Shown here one piece after another: positions 12,885 through 27,652 of a stretch of 64,000 nt of DNA (its first letter is position 1; the number at the start of each line of letters is the position of its first letter). The DNA is from Adineta vaga (Eukaryota > Animalia > Rotifera). The notes under the pieces were generated by a model. The model did not search any database. It was not told where the DNA came from and saw only the letters and a list, made by a program, of their open reading frames with translations. The DNA lies in the NCBI GenBank assembly GCA_021613535.1, contig CP075494.1, forward strand, positions 16,864,001-16,928,000. Direction: 5' to 3'. The position numbers and the translations under genes were made by a program.

Positions 12885-13796
12885 ATGGAGAACATTACAA
12901 AAGTAGATACTGAAATATGGTATATTCCTTTAAATATTATTCTTATTATTTCTTTGACTATTTCTATTCTATGTTGTCTAATCTTTATAATTATAATCAT
13001 ACTTGACAAAACATGTCATACAAATTTTATGATGTTAACAGTAAATTTATGTTTGGGTATAATAATATTTTCATGTGGTATGTTAGGAATAGCTGCATCG
13101 GGATTAGAAAATGATATAAAACAAATTGAATATTATAATTCATATTGTATAGTTCATCCTTATTTGGCATATATTGGAAGTGCTATATTAAATTCTGGGT
13201 TTTTCTTGGAAGCACTTTATCGATATGTAATTGTTGTTCATCCAGCTCGGTTATTTTGGCAATCAGCAAAATTTCAATTTCTTCTTATTTGTATTTCTTG
13301 GATTATTTGTGTCGGATGTTCTCTTGAATATTTACTTCGTGGTGAAATTATTTATAATATTGATAATCAAGCATGTTTTATACCATTTCAATTATCTTTC
13401 TCAATTAATTATATGATATTTACTGTTTATATGCTTCCTCTTTTGATGCAAATATTAACATATGTGAAATTATTTCAATATGTACAAAAAATGAGTAAAC
13501 GTATAATACCTGTAAATACTTTATTACGTGCAAAACGAGAATTAAAAATGGTTCGACATATACTTATATTAGTATTCATTTTATTATCATTTGGTATTCC
13601 CTATGTAATATTAGTTATTATTTCATTTTTTACACATCTTCCAAAATATTATTTTCGACTTGCTTCAATATCTGTAGATGTATCATTAGTGCCATTGGTG
13701 ATGATGTTATTTCAATATACAGAACCAGTTAAAATAGCTGTGTTGAAAAGAATCAGACGAAGACCAAATACAATCTCAATAGTTGGGGTTCAATAA
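12885..13796 (+). CDS. Class A (rhodopsin-like) orphan GPCR, intronless
   Basis: Seven hydrophobic segments, TM3 EALYRY (DRY-like), conserved Cys in TM3/ECL2, TM6 FGIPY; first ATG at 12885. Confidence 0.85.
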   Translation: MENITKVDTEIWYIPLNIILIISLTISILCCLIFIIIIILDKTCHTNFMMLTVNLCLGIIIFSCGMLGIAASGLENDIKQIEYYNSYCIVHPYLAYIGSAILNSGFFLEALYRYVIVVHPARLFWQSAKFQFLLICISWIICVGCSLEYLLRGEIIYNIDNQACFIPFQLSFSINYMIFTVYMLPLLMQILTYVKLFQYVQKMSKRIIPVNTLLRAKRELKMVRHILILVFILLSFGIPYVILVIISFFTHLPKYYFRLASISVDVSLVPLVMMLFQYTEPVKIAVLKRIRRRPNTISIVGVQ

Positions 13797-13992
13797 TAAA
13801 ACAATAGTAACAAAGAAACTGTTCAAATATATCAGATGATTCTTAGCTAGGGTGAGGGTGAGGGTGTGTGTGTCTGAAGAAAAGGTATGTAATCCCACAA
13901 CTACATCCTCGAGCAAAGCCATGTTCGAAACGAATAAAAATAAATTCAGTTTGAAAAAAAGTTGATTTAATTTGTCGACATGCAATTTATAT

Positions 13993-14172
13993 TTGTTCCC
14001 TCGACTGAAAGGAGGGTCATATGAAAAAAAATAGTGTGTATGTCTGTTTGTCTGTGGGTGTCAGGGTCAAAGTTCAAAGGTCATAAAATTAGATTTTTTC
14101 AGTAATCACAATAAAGCTTAACCAAAAGGGTAATCGAGGTCAGGGATGACGAATATGATGTTAGTTTTGACT
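13993..14172 (+). mobile_element. HINE family A 5' fragment abutting the 3' end of the Helentron
   Basis: TTGTTCCCTCGACTGAAAGGAGGGTCATATG plus GTCT/GTTT microsatellite. Confidence 0.7.
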
Positions 14173-14516
14173 AACTAATAACGCTCGTCGAGACAGACTC
14201 GCTTAACCCTCGACTGAATGACTAACAGTAAACGTTTTCTTTTGCTGAAATCATTCATAATAATTTGAATTCGATTATGATGTACTTGTCATAGTCCTTT
14301 TCTAGCTTACAATCTTGAAAGTCATGTCGTAGGTATTTCAAAAAAATATTCTAATTCAAATTGTAATTGAGAAGGTTTGTCAAAAACTGCCATAATCAAC
14401 TGCATAACAAAAATTTATTTTATATTCGACTGTAACAAAGAAAAATGAACAGAAAAAAATCAATATCTATGTAAATATGCACAACATAATCTGACAGTAA
14501 AACCATCTTATCTTAA

Positions 14517-15173
14517 CCCTTGAAAGCCGAAAGGGATTCCCGTGAAGTTGAGGAAGAATTAATTACATAAATAGAGATTCTGACCCATCAATATGAACAT
14601 ACTATGGTCAGAGCTGGTGGGTGGGAATAAAAAAATTTTCCACCCAGATGACGTGGGTGAAGTATGATCTTCATAAATTTTTACTTGGGTGACTCGGTAA
14701 TATGGTTCAGGATCGTTGTAAGTTCATTCTGATGATATTTTAAAACATCTCCAATTATTTTATTAAAAGAAAATTCATAATAACCTTGGTAAGTATGCCT
14801 TAAAGTGCCCAAAAAATAGCACTTTTTCATAATATCAGAAAATTTTATCAAAGGAGCTAAAAACGTGCAACGTTGTTTTTTATTGTAGCTTAGGACTATA
14901 TCTAATGATATCACTTAACACTCATTTTGTATATACAGAAATAAGACAAAAAATAGGAATATCCGACTAACCGATTGTGTTTAAAAAGCTATACATTTGA
15001 AAGCGATATTGAGGTGTTCAACAACAGTCTTAGTATCTTATTTTTTTCCATTATACTCTTACCTTGACTGTCTTCATTCGATAAAACAGTAGCTTTCATA
15101 GATAAGATTGAAACCCTTCTTTTTATAGCGATTAATACAATGTCCCTTAAAAGGTACATCCGGCTTTTAAGGG
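14517..15173. mobile_element. piggyBac-like non-autonomous element
   Basis: TTAA on both sides; 13-bp TIR CCCTTGAAAGCCG / CGGCTTTTAAGGG (1 mismatch). Confidence 0.8.
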
Positions 15174-15298
15174 TTAAAGAATATTAGAATGTGGAAATTC
15201 CATAATATAATGAAAGATAATGAAATTTATGGAAAATGTAAATTGTCTATTGTACAAATTGATAAAATCAGTAAGAGCTCTCTTGTTAAACGTATGAT

Positions 15299-18200
15299 TT
15301 ATTGAAACCATTCCGGAAAACGTGGTCGTGTTTTCAAAAACAGCTGATCCAGTCTTTCCATTTCGATAACTTGAGATTTAGATGGTTTCATCAGCAAAAC
15401 TTTATGATCAAATGGCCGTAGAATAGCTAAATCGACCAAACGTTTTACATGAGATAGTGGTACGTAGACTGCTGCAATATCATCAGTTTCGTTTGGTAGT
15501 TTTAAATCAATAACCACTTTGCTCAATGTTTGACCTTGACTTTTATGAGTTGTAATACAATAAGCAGGTACAAGTGGTAATGCACATCGTTTAATTGATA
15601 AAACTGTCTTTTGATTTGATTTTGGTTTCTTATCTTTTGGAATAAGATCAGCAACGTCAACCTGAAATGTTTGTTCTATCAATAGAATTGGTATAAGTTT
15701 GGGTTGAAGATCTTGAAGTTTGTATTCAATCTTCGATTTAACAATCTCAATTAAAGCATATATTGGTCGACGAATATATTGTGTATTATTCGGAAACATT
15801 TCTGATAAATTTCCTGTTGATACCGAATCTTCATGATATACCAATTGTCGAAATATTCCATTTATGCCATTGATAAGACCTGATTCAGTAGCAATATTTT
15901 GCGTTAAAATGACAGGCATTCCTGGTACAAAAGGCAGTAAACCAGTTAAATGCTCTGTCTTGCTATCAGATAATTCTAATAATTTTTTACGCAATATTGG
16001 ATCTTCAATTGCTTTTTCCTTTACAAGTATCTTGAGCGACACATACCATCGGTGGATGTCCTGTTTGTGTTGCATTGTGAATTGCAGCTTTGTTGTTTAA
16101 TTGTGTGCGAACTTCATTTCGAAACACGAGAATAGTAGCCTAAAAAAACAGATTAAAATAGTTCTTCCTTTATATGAAAAAGTTGATTTACTTTGTTCCA
16201 TGGTGAATCACGTAGAGATTCTATTGATGGTTGTCCAACAACTCGTGTCTGCAATAATTCATAATCGTCATAATTGCATTGTCCATGACGAAGCCGATCA
16301 AGTAATTGAAGATATCGTGTATTTTCTGTTCGCGTCTGTTGTGTAAGTTTGACCACACAATTCATTTGAAGAATTAAAGACCGTGAAACACGCTGTTGAA
16401 TTTCTTTTTCAGATGGTATTTTTCCTTGTTTCTTTTTTGATGGTAATGAAAAATCAGTATGCAATGGTGAATCATAAACAGGTCGATATTGTAAATAATT
16501 ACCAAAGAAAATGATGTTTACACCACCAAATGGAACTTGAGGATCGACATGTTTGGCAGAACAGATGATTCTATTGAGTTTTCCTAATAATGTTAAGCCA
16601 ACCATACTCATTTCATCAATTAAAAGGTATTCAACAGGTCTCCATTCGTTTTCAAGTTTGGAATCACCTGGTTCGCTGGTACGTGGCTTTCGTGAATTAC
16701 GTTGTTCACCCAAAAATGAATGAATTGTCATGCCATCAATTGCAGCAGCTGCAATTCCGATAGGTGCAAGTTTTCACATAATTTGCATTCTTTTTGTAAC
16801 AAGAAAATATTTTGTAAGAGCACGAATCAATTGTGATTTGCCCGTTCCATCACATCCAGGTACACACATAATGAGTTGACCATTATTGTCACCTAAAATG
16901 GATTATTGAATCAAAGAAGTAATGATTTATTTCACGGAAATACCTGTACGACATCGACTATCACCATCGAGATGACTTGTTATTATCAAGAATGGCAGCT
17001 TTTTGTTCTTTGTTCAATGTAAATTCATCAATGATGCTACTTTGAGTTGAGTAATTGTTTCTAACTATAAGTACTGGAGGAATCGATGTATTTTTTTCGA
17101 AATTAGTTTGATTATCATATGGATTGACTACCGTTACAACGGCGTGAGTCACATCATCAAAATTCAATATATCATCATCATTGTTATCTTTGCCCGAAAT
17201 CAAACTGCGTCTAATTCGTTCTTTTTCAATCTTCAATTGATCTTGCCATTTTGAATTAAGTTTAATTAGATTAGACGTTGCAGAAATAAACGGTACAATT
17301 TGTCGATCAATACCCGTATGTGAAACATGTTGATCTTGTTCTAAAACAGTTTATATTTTTTTCTAAATGATATGAGTCATAAACAATTAGCACTTACGAT
17401 TTGTGTGATTGAAACGTCCAACTTTTTCGACGGCTTCAACTGTTTCTCGAATATACACATTTTCTGTTGATTTTTTCGTGGCATTAATTGCAGCAGCTGT
17501 ATATTCATCTACACTGCCTATTAGTTGAATCAAATCGTCGATATCATCCACTTCGTATTCACCATCAGCACCTTGATTTGATGGTAAAAATGTAGGTTCA
17601 ATCGAATCATTATCGACTTGTGCTTCGGCAATAACTTTAAGCAGATGTTCATCACGATCTTTTTTACATTCATGTAAAAGTTGAATGTTTTCTATAATCT
17701 TCCATGAATGAGCAGAAATCAAATCTTTTCGAGATTCGAATGCATCTTCCCATGTTTGATCGATGTCACAAAGAGCGATTACATTGCGCCATGGTACAAA
17801 AAGTGTGAGAAGTGCACGATTGTATCGCTCTCGAGTATCATCGCGATCTTGTCGAGGAATTTGAGGACCATAAAGAACGGGTACATGAACTTCACTATAT
17901 TTCATGAGTAGATGTGTTGTTGTTTGAGGATGTTCGTTTTCAAAAGAAAATCGTTCATTGCATGGTCGACCACTTTGATTATCTTGTCGTTCTTGTGCTG
18001 TAGAAGATTTTGATAAATATCTTAAATCTGTTTCATTAATTTTTTTCTTATAAAATGTACTGACAAAATCATATAAACACGTGTTATTGAGTTTGTCTGA
18101 ACGATATTGATAATCAATGCGTGTATTAACAAGAATGAAATTGCTTTTATTTTCCGTCGGTTGAACTTGAAATTGTTCTTCATCGTTTATTGCTTCATCA

Positions 18201-21200
18201 TCAAACACATCTTCATCATTAATTGCATCTATATGTGAAAAAAAACATACACGTTTTAACTATCGTTAATAAATGGTCTCATCATTTCATATACCAATAA
18301 GTAATCACATTCGTATAATTCAACTTGCTTCGCGATATTTATCTATAGAAGCAGTACTGAGATCACATTAATACCTTCTCATCGAACATCACTTATTGAT
18401 GACTTCGCTTCAAAGATGTATTAAGTTGCTTGTTTCCTTTTCTTTTTCCTTTAATTTTTCACAGATTGATTGTTTGTATATTGAACGTTATCCTTCTTCC
18501 TATCATTCCTCTTTCCTTTCTGTTTTAACATATGCGTGTGCGGCTAATCAATTGTTATAGGTCAACTTTCTTTATGTTCAACTTGAGCCTATCGCTATCT
18601 CTTTTTCTTCCTCTTTCTTTCTCTCCTTCTCTCTTCTCTCTTCATCTCCTCTCTCTCTATGCGTCTCTCTCTCTGTACGTATAGAAAAAAAAGATTGTCA
18701 CTGTATGAGAGTCAATTGAATAATAAGCATATAAAAGGAATTAATTAGGCTTACCTTGCGATGTTGATTGAAGATTTTGTTTAGCACGCATTTCATTTAA
18801 TTCACTTTGTAAAAATCGTTCGGTTAGAATCAAATAAAGACCTTGGAATTTATGTGTTGTGTAATGGTCGTCCCAATTCATGAGATAAGAAGCAAATTGC
18901 ACACCAGATAATTCTTGTTGTGAAGCAAGTGCATTATAACAACGTAAAACGAGTTTACGTGATTTTTCAATGACATTTTCCGTGTCTACTTGGTTGTTTG
19001 GGTTTTGTAATGATGTAATACTTTTTTGAACAAGAGAAAATGTATCTTGAAATGAGAGACTCATTTTTGTGACATAATCGGTAATATAATAGACTAAAGC
19101 TTTGGTATCATTTCCAGTCCAAATAAATTTAATATCCATATTGGATCGACAAGCTGAGATAATATATTCATTGAAATTATTCATCCATGGATCTGATCGT
19201 TTCATCGAAATACCGCCAATTTCTGAACCGATTGTTGATACTGGTACCTTTTTTCGTGGCATAATCGATCGACAAATCCTCTTGACACCCTTGCAGTATT
19301 TAAAACATGTACCACAGTGCCTATGAGTATTGCTAGATTCAGCAACTTGTGCTACATGTGCACAAAATTTTGATCGAAAATTAGGCGAGGATGGATTTGG
19401 AGTGGGTAAGCAAGCTGGTGGTAAGTTTGATTGATTAGATGACACATTCATACCTGAAAATACTTATAAATATTTTATTTTTATAAAATATTATTGTAAC
19501 GTACCAAGTGTAGATCGATTATGTGTTGGTGCTTGTGCCAATGGACTTGATGGTGATCGAGATGGAATCGATTGAGAAAGTAAATGCTGTTTAGTTGGCG
19601 TTGAAAAGAGAGGCGACGGATGTGTATTTTTTGCATTGCCTGTCAAATCAATAGTACGTAAAGCAGCATAAATATTGTTTTGTGATGATGGTGGTTCTAC
19701 TACAAATAAAGAAAGATGAATGGTTGAATAAAATAAATATGTTTCATACCATCGGAAGATTCGATGACTTGTTTCTCTTTAAACTCATCTATATCTTCTT
19801 TGATGATATCTTCTAAATATGCTATTAGCTTAGTGCGAAAAGTAGCATCTTGAATTTTTTCTTTCATATCAGCTGGTTTCATATCATGATCAAGCCAAAT
19901 AAGAAGATGCAAGTGAAGTAAACCTCGGCCTTGACTTTCGACTGTACCAAAGTAAGCCTTTATTGGTCCAAGAACTCCACCCATTATCATAGTTTCCAAG
20001 ATATTGCTGATTAATACATGGAAAAATTTGGCAGTAGCAACAGGATGTGATGCTATAATTTCGGCTCTTCGATAAGTATCCATAAGTTGTTCATCTTTGA
20101 TTTGATCAAGATTGAGTTGAACACCAGCAAAATATAATGCTACAGGACTATGAATATCGGCTGGATTTATGGTAAGAAATATACTAGGTACGCCTTGATT
20201 AAAAATAAGTGCATGTATACGAGTACATAAAGCCGTTCGTGAATATGCTGATCCCATAACTCGACCACCGACAATTCTAATATGTTGTAAAAGTTTATTT
20301 AATGCACCATTTGCTTCTGTATTATATGTTCTTTTTGTATTGTTGTCAAGAGCCGCTTCAATATCTTTGCTTTTGATTGATTGAATTTCATTAGCTGATG
20401 CTTGAAAATATGGTTTTGTTGCGATTAATTGCGCATGAAAACAAGCGTCACGTCGTTGTAATAAGTTGAAGACTACGAATATGAAACTATGATTTGTTTC
20501 AAAGCGACGGTCATTATAAGATAATAGATAACGTATATGTTCTTTAAATTTAATTTCAATTGAACGTGATTGATCTTCAGGCGCGCCACGTCCATAGCAG
20601 AAAAGAGTTGGATATAAACCAGTCAATAATTTTGGATTGAAATATTCATTGACAGGTTTCGATGAATCAGATCAGATAGGTGCCTTATCTGTTACAGACG
20701 TTGGCTAACATGATACGCCAATTTTTCCGCTCTTGAGCTGCGTGAAGAAAGTCTATCTTCGTGTAACCCTGTTTTTCAATCCAAAGGTTCATGTTTTCAA
20801 GATATTTGATTCTTGGTCGGGCTTTATCTTTCTTTCCATTGATTTTTCCACTCAATACCAGATGTTCCATGCAACCTTTACGGATTATGTGACCAAGGAA
20901 TATCAGTTGCCTATAACGGATGGTATTGATTAAAAATCTTTTCGATTTCGTTCTTTTTAATATTGACGCATTGGTTTCTCTAGCAGTCCAAGGTACATTG
21001 AGCATCCTTCTGAGAAACCACATCTGAGTAGCCTCTAAGCGTTTTTCCATCTCTTTATTGATTGTCCAGCATTCAGATCCATACAAAAGAATCGACCATA
21101 AATAACATTTGAGAACTCTTATTTTAGTATTGATCGATATGGATCTGTTTTTCAAAATCGGACTCATCTTTTGGAAAGCTTGTTTGGAGAGAGCGATTCT

Positions 21201-24200
21201 CTTTTTGATATCTTCATCACATCGGCCATCTGAGGTTATGATTGATCCCAAGTAGTTGAAGTGAGTGACTTGTTTGATTTGTGCACCATATATATTTACA
21301 TTGCATGCCGGTGAAATTTTATTCTTTGAAATACTCATGCATTCTGATTTCTTGAGATTAAGTGATAGGCCCATTTTTGTACTCTCTGTCGAGACTATAT
21401 TAATCATCTTCTGCAACTCTGCTTCAGTGCTTGCTATCAATACAGTGTCGTCTGCATATCTTAGGTTGTTACAGTTGTATCCTCCAATTTTTACGCCTTC
21501 AACATCTTCTAGATTTCTGAGTATCATTTCACTGTAGATGTTGAAGAGATCTGGAGATAGAACACATCCTTGTCTGACACCTCTCTTGATGTTTGTGTAT
21601 TCACTTATATATCATTGTTTACTCTCATGGCGGCTTTTTGATACCAATAAAGATTTCGAATTAATCGTAGATCTTTGCCATCAATATCGAGTTTCTCCAA
21701 AATTTGGAGTAGACTGTCGTGTTTGACTTTATCAAAAGCTTTTGTGTAGTCAAGGAAACATAGGTATAAGTCATGTTTGACTTCAATTGATCTTTCGATT
21801 ATCATTCGAAGGATGAAGATTGCGTTTCTGGTGCCCTTGTCAGGCATAAAGCCATATTGTTCTTTTGCGATTTCTGGCGTGATTTTATTTTTCATACGCA
21901 CTATCAGAATCTTAAGCAAAACTTTTGTAATATGACTCATGAGACTGATTGTGCGATGTAATTCACATTCAGTAGCTCCAGGCTTCTTTAGAAGTGTTAT
22001 AAATATTGATTGTGTTAGATCTTCCGGAATTTCACCTGTGTCATATATTTTGTTTATTAGTTTTGTCATGACATCTACACCTAATTCATCGAGACATTGA
22101 ATCATTTCGATGGATATTTCATCTGGCCCTGTCGCTTTGTTTGTTTTCATTGATTTTATGGCCAGTCTTACTTCATCTTTCATTATTGGAGGCCCTTCTA
22201 TATTTTTCTTTATGTTAGACTTAGAAGCTCTATTATCATCGAAGAGTTCCTCTATATATTCTGACCACCTGTTCAGTATGTCACGTTTTTCCATTAGAAC
22301 GGTTCCATTTTTCGATTTGATACAACCTGAACTGGTGCATCTTGATTTTCCTGTTATTTCGTTGATCTTTTGATGAGCGAATTTGGTGTTTACACTCAAC
22401 TTATTTTCGATCTCTGAACATTGTTCGTTCAACCATCTCTCTTTTGCCTCTGAACATTTCTTTTTGATTGACTTCTCTATCAATTGGTATTCGTGTGGGT
22501 TTGACTTCTTCAGTCGTCTTTGCTCCATTAGTTGTAAAATTTCATTAGTCATCCATCTTTTCTTTTTCTTTCAGATCTGCATCAGTTTTCAGAATGTGAA
22601 CTTGAAGCTTTATATTTTTCTGTGGATGATTTATTCTTTTTAGTTTTACTCGAATTTTGCTAATAACTGGGACACGATCGCTACCGCAGTCCGCTCCAGG
22701 AAATGCTTTAGAGAAAATGATTGCATTCCTGAATCGATGAGGGACCATAATGTAATCTATTTGATTTCTTGTCCGATCTCCTGGGCTTCGCCATGTCCAT
22801 AGTCTACGTGGGTGATTTTTGAACCACGTGTTTGTGATTACGAGATTATGTGATTGGCACCAAGTTATTAAGTTATCTCCTCTATCATTTTTGTTTCCTA
22901 AATCAAAAGGTCCTACTGTATTGCCAATTCTTTTATCTCCCACTTTTGCATTGAAGTCACCCATTACGTAAATGATATCATCAGACTTACATTGTTTGTA
23001 GGCTTTGTCTAGATCTTCATAGAAGCTCGTGATTGCGTCATCATCATAATCGGCTCTTGGTGCGTAACATTGAATTAATGAAGTGTTAAAGGGTTTGCTG
23101 TGGTGTTTCACAAGAAGAACCCTGTCTGAAACCGCCCAAAAGCCTTGCAAACTCTTGGAGGTTTCTTTGTCAAGAAGCATTCCTACTCCTTTCTCGTGTT
23201 TGTCTCCTCTAGAGTATAATAAAAGAAAGTTATCCGTTGTAAAAGATCCAGCACCCAGCCATCTGACTTCAGATAAGCCTAACGCATTTATTTTCATCCG
23301 TTACATTTTGTTCTTTATATTGTCTAATTTTTCTTTCTAAAAAATAGTTCTTACATTCCACGTTCCTATTTTGCGTGAGTTCTTGATTGGGACAGTAGCC
23401 TGTTGACGATCGAGGGTCACCTGTCGTACATGACCACCTCTACCGAGCGAGTTGTTCTCTCTGAGAACCCCCTTCACGCTGTTATCTTTACTGGAAGTAT
23501 TGACGTTTATCATGTTGTGCTTGGGAGTGTACAGCGGTGGTTTCCCCTTGCCTTCCGCCGGTTTGGAATGGTTTTCTCCATTTGATGAATTTGCTAGTCC
23601 TGGCTAGCGAGCTCCATCGGCCCAGGAGGAACCTTGTTTCTGGCGGCCAATACTCGCCCTGTCATCCTGTCGTCTTTGGGTTTCTGTGGCATTTTATAAG
23701 AGTTTTGGTTCCAAACAAAACCCCACCACACTCTGCTGGCAAGAAGGCTGAGTATTGTCCGGGACTGTTTATTTGATCAATTGCTTGATCGTATTCGCAG
23801 CTAACCATCATACTAATGGCCGTTCCACTATCCGCAACCTGTGGATCCTCTTGGTAGCATCCAGCTTAGCCCCAAGTTTCGATGAATGTGCAATTAAATA
23901 GACGTTTTCAGTAACTGCTTGATCATTTGTTTTCATTTTCTGTAAAAAGTAATTGGTAATCTCATCTGATGAAACTGATGAGCCATTAACATCAAGAACA
24001 CCACTACAATAGAGAAGCTATATCAATTCATTGATTTATTAATTGCTCTTACCTGTTACTGATTGGTATGACATCTGCAGTAGTACGTTCTTGTGGATTC
24101 ATTAATGGATCAGGAACATATCCATTTCTTTCAGATTGACCATCGTCATCACCTATCTTTTGTTCTAATGATGACATGATGCATTCTGGTACATCATCTT

Positions 24201-26436
24201 CGGGTAATTGAGCAATATTATCTAGATTTATATTGATGTTGTGATAAAGTATGTTATATTTTTTCAACCATTGTAATGCTTCAATAATTTTTTTCTTGCG
24301 TACGGTTAATACTTTTCTAAGATGAAGACGATCGGGTGGCCGAGGTCCGATAAAAATTACTTTAAGTTTAACACAAAGATCAGTAAGTGTAGGTGGTAAA
24401 CTATTGACGATATTTGGCACATTTTGAAGAAAAGTAATACAATTTCCTTTCAGTGTCGTTTGAGCAGTTGTAGTTGAATGAAAAGGTGATTGAAGCTTTT
24501 TTATGCAACCTATTATGACGATAGAGTGATATTAATTTTTCTTCTGGAATCGTCAATCCTTGTAATTCCTTAGGTATATCACCTAGCCACATGTTATTAG
24601 CAGCTGAAAACTTCGGTACTTTTTCTTTTGAAAGAGAAGTGTGGCATTTTTGGCAAATAATACACATTTTCACCCTGTTTGTTTGAGATAAGTCACTTTT
24701 GTACAAGAGAATATCATTTTCACAGTGGAAAGATGATGAATTAAAATTTGACTGACCTAAAAAAACTGTAAGTTTTCTGAAGCCATTTAATTCTACATAC
24801 TTTTAATATGTGATGTTGTATGTGTATTGTTATCATTCATGAAAGTGGCAGTATTTTCGGTTGAGTTCTTAATTAGAAGTTTCAGATCTTCAGAAATTTT
24901 TAGCAAATTCATATTAGGAATTTTTGAGATCGGTATTTTCTTTGAATTGTTTGCTGGAGCGCGAGTATTACAAACTGCACAAGTCGCTTCGACCAATTTT
25001 GACATAGACATCTGTTCTAAAAATTGTTGCAAACGGGTCTCTTTTAAATCACGAGGAATTGGTTCGGGCCAAGGTGGGCGAATAGAATTTTGTCCACCAT
25101 CAACATGTTCATGTTTCCTTTTTGTTCCATTTGGCTTGACTTCGTTTCTTTTGTAGTGCGAGTCAAATCTGATGTTGTTCTTCTGATTCGTTTGTTCGAA
25201 CGGACCGATTTTTTGCATTCATCTTCTCGAGTCGGATTTGCTGATGTTCTTCTGTTTCATTCATTCGACTGAATCGATTTCGTTCTCTTTTCTTTTGTAG
25301 TTGAGTCTGACGTCTTTCTTCTTTATCGTTTTTTTTCGTTTGCGTTGAACCTGAAATATTTGATTGAGCCACATAATTTCCGATGTTGTCTTCATTTCGC
25401 AAGCGTATGCTCGGAGAAGATTGAAATTCAGGTATTCTTATTTCAGTAACACTATTATTCTTAAACGTTTTCTTTTCTGAAGTCTAATTAAAAGTTTCAA
25501 TATTTTATATTTTTTTGTTTACAAATTGCTAACTTAGCACGGCAAGTGAAGTTGATTGACCGCTGAATTCATTAAGAATAGGTGGCGACAAAAGTGGAAC
25601 AAAATGATTTGGCCTCCATGTGCCATTGTAAATTTCTCGGACATGATTTTCATGCAAAGTATTTGACCATAAGATTGCAATGTTACAATTTCCAATAAAA
25701 GGTGGAATAGGTGAAAAGACTGTATTCCAAATTGCCTGATAATATTGATAAAAATCAATTTTTGGATAAACACTTCATATGTTACATTGTAGTACATTGC
25801 ATAATGCAGCAACTTCATGTATTTCCGAATACATCCCCTTTTTGCAAGCTGCTTGAAAAATAATATCGGTATTTCCTGCATATCGTGCATACATGGTATC
25901 GTAATGATTTTCATTAATAATAAGTTCAATAACAGTTCGAACTAAACAAATTTCCAGAACTAAATTTAGCGCAACATGAAAGAAAAAGTCTATACCTCGC
26001 AATTCACTAGCCGTCACTAATGGATTGTTCATCAAAAGAACAATAGAATAATATAAACAATTTCCATCACCAGGAACATCAGCAGGAACAAAATGATGTG
26101 TATCAGCAGTCGCTTTATCTAGATATTCCTTAGCGACCACATCTACTACATGCTTTGTTTCATCGAAAACATACTTCGGATAAAACTGAAATGGTTTCAT
26201 AATTGAATCCATCTAGAATATTTCTATTTTTTTAAATTGAACTATCATTCAAATGAACTCACCTGTTTAATTCGTTGTGCAAGAGAATTGATTTCATCGC
26301 GGTTCATGACACTTTTAGAACATGCTTCTAAACGCTGGAGTAAACGTTCAAATTTTAAACCACGACTCATTTGACTACATTGTGAGCAACAATAGCTTGC
26401 GCACAACATAGTGCAAAAAACACATTGTTTATGCAT
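15299..26436 (-). pseudogene. Multi-exon Helitron RepHel gene: OTU-like protease, Rep/HUH, PIF1 helicase; frameshifted and interrupted by an RTE
   Basis: VPGDGNCLYYSI (OTU); FLTINPAD, VESQGRGLLHLHLLIW, YITDYVTK (Rep); GCDGTGKS, LLIDEMSM, ITTHKSQGQTL, YVPLSHV (PIF1, several motifs mutated); many short introns. Confidence 0.9.
20668..23875 (-). mobile_element. Full-length RTE-clade LINE (APE endonuclease + RT), decayed
   Basis: 12-bp TSD GTTTCGATGAAT (20656-20667, 23876-23887); 3' tail of ATCTG repeats; GTWNVRT, GDFNAKVG, NQIDYI, GVRQGCVLSP, YADD; stops near 23300-23340 and frameshifts near 22560 and 21605. Confidence 0.92.
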
Positions 26437-27652
26437 ATTTCGTATATGTATGATAATCTAAAAAATACAAGATTTTTCATTAAAATCAGCCGTTTCAATA
26501 TTTCTATTTAAAAATATTATTGAAAGCTAAAGTATCCATGTTGTTTTTGGAGAAATTTGATATACTGTTAAATCAATAAATGCGATAAAAAAAGCAGTAT
26601 TATCTATCCTTTAGATTTCCCCTTGAGCACTTGATTTTTCCGCATATTTTCCTCACTTTTGATATAATATGAAGGTAGAAATTTATCTACATAATATTCT
26701 ATCTCATAATGAAAATCATAAAAGCTAGCATGAACAAATTAAAGTTTTTGTTTGTGTTTTTTCCATATTCGGGAGCGTTTTTTCTTTTTCGATCTCATGG
26801 AAAAATAGCATGTTGTCCAATGTTGAAAAACAGGAAGAATGATAGCAGAATGATCATTTTCTCAACTATATATATGAGCGATAAAAATTCAAAGTTTTGA
26901 AAAAAAACGGTCATTCCATTTTTCAAAACAGTAAAAACGTCAGAATCTTATGCAACCCATGTATTTAAATGATAAGTGATAGATTTATTGTTCTAAATAC
27001 AACTGATTATTCATAAAAGTATCTATGTGATTTATTGTGGTATAGTCAAATGGAAATATGAATCGATTCAAGAAGTTACGTGATGATCATTAATCATATA
27101 TCATCTTATCTATCTATTTATCTATGAGATGTCTCAGTTGAATTTTTCATTTTAAAAAAATAGCATTTCATTTTTTAAAAATAACTCTTATCCGTTGTTC
27201 TATATTAATAACGAAATAGAAATAATCAAATCAAATTAAAAATATGATATTTGATCGTTTTCTCATAGGAAGATTTTTTATCATAAAAATTGAACCATAC
27301 AGCTATATCTATGTTCATTTCTTATGTTTAAATTAAGACAAATAATCTATCTATGAAAATGAATAGCAAAATACATGTTGAAAAAAAAACGATTTGCATA
27401 TAATCGAAATCTCAAGACGTACACCAATGTAATCTTGAAAAAGAGAGCATAATAAAATACCGCTGTTCAACTTTTATTCAGTTCTGCATTTTGATCTGCT
27501 AAAATATTGTAAATATCCTATTTCTCAAAAATTAAATTCAAATAGCATGTGAAAAGAATAAACGATAGATGTCAATAAATGTAAGAGGAAGAAAAAAGAA
27601 ATGAAACGTTCAACTTCTTATTTGTTAACTTCCTTCCAGTATGAAGGAGATA

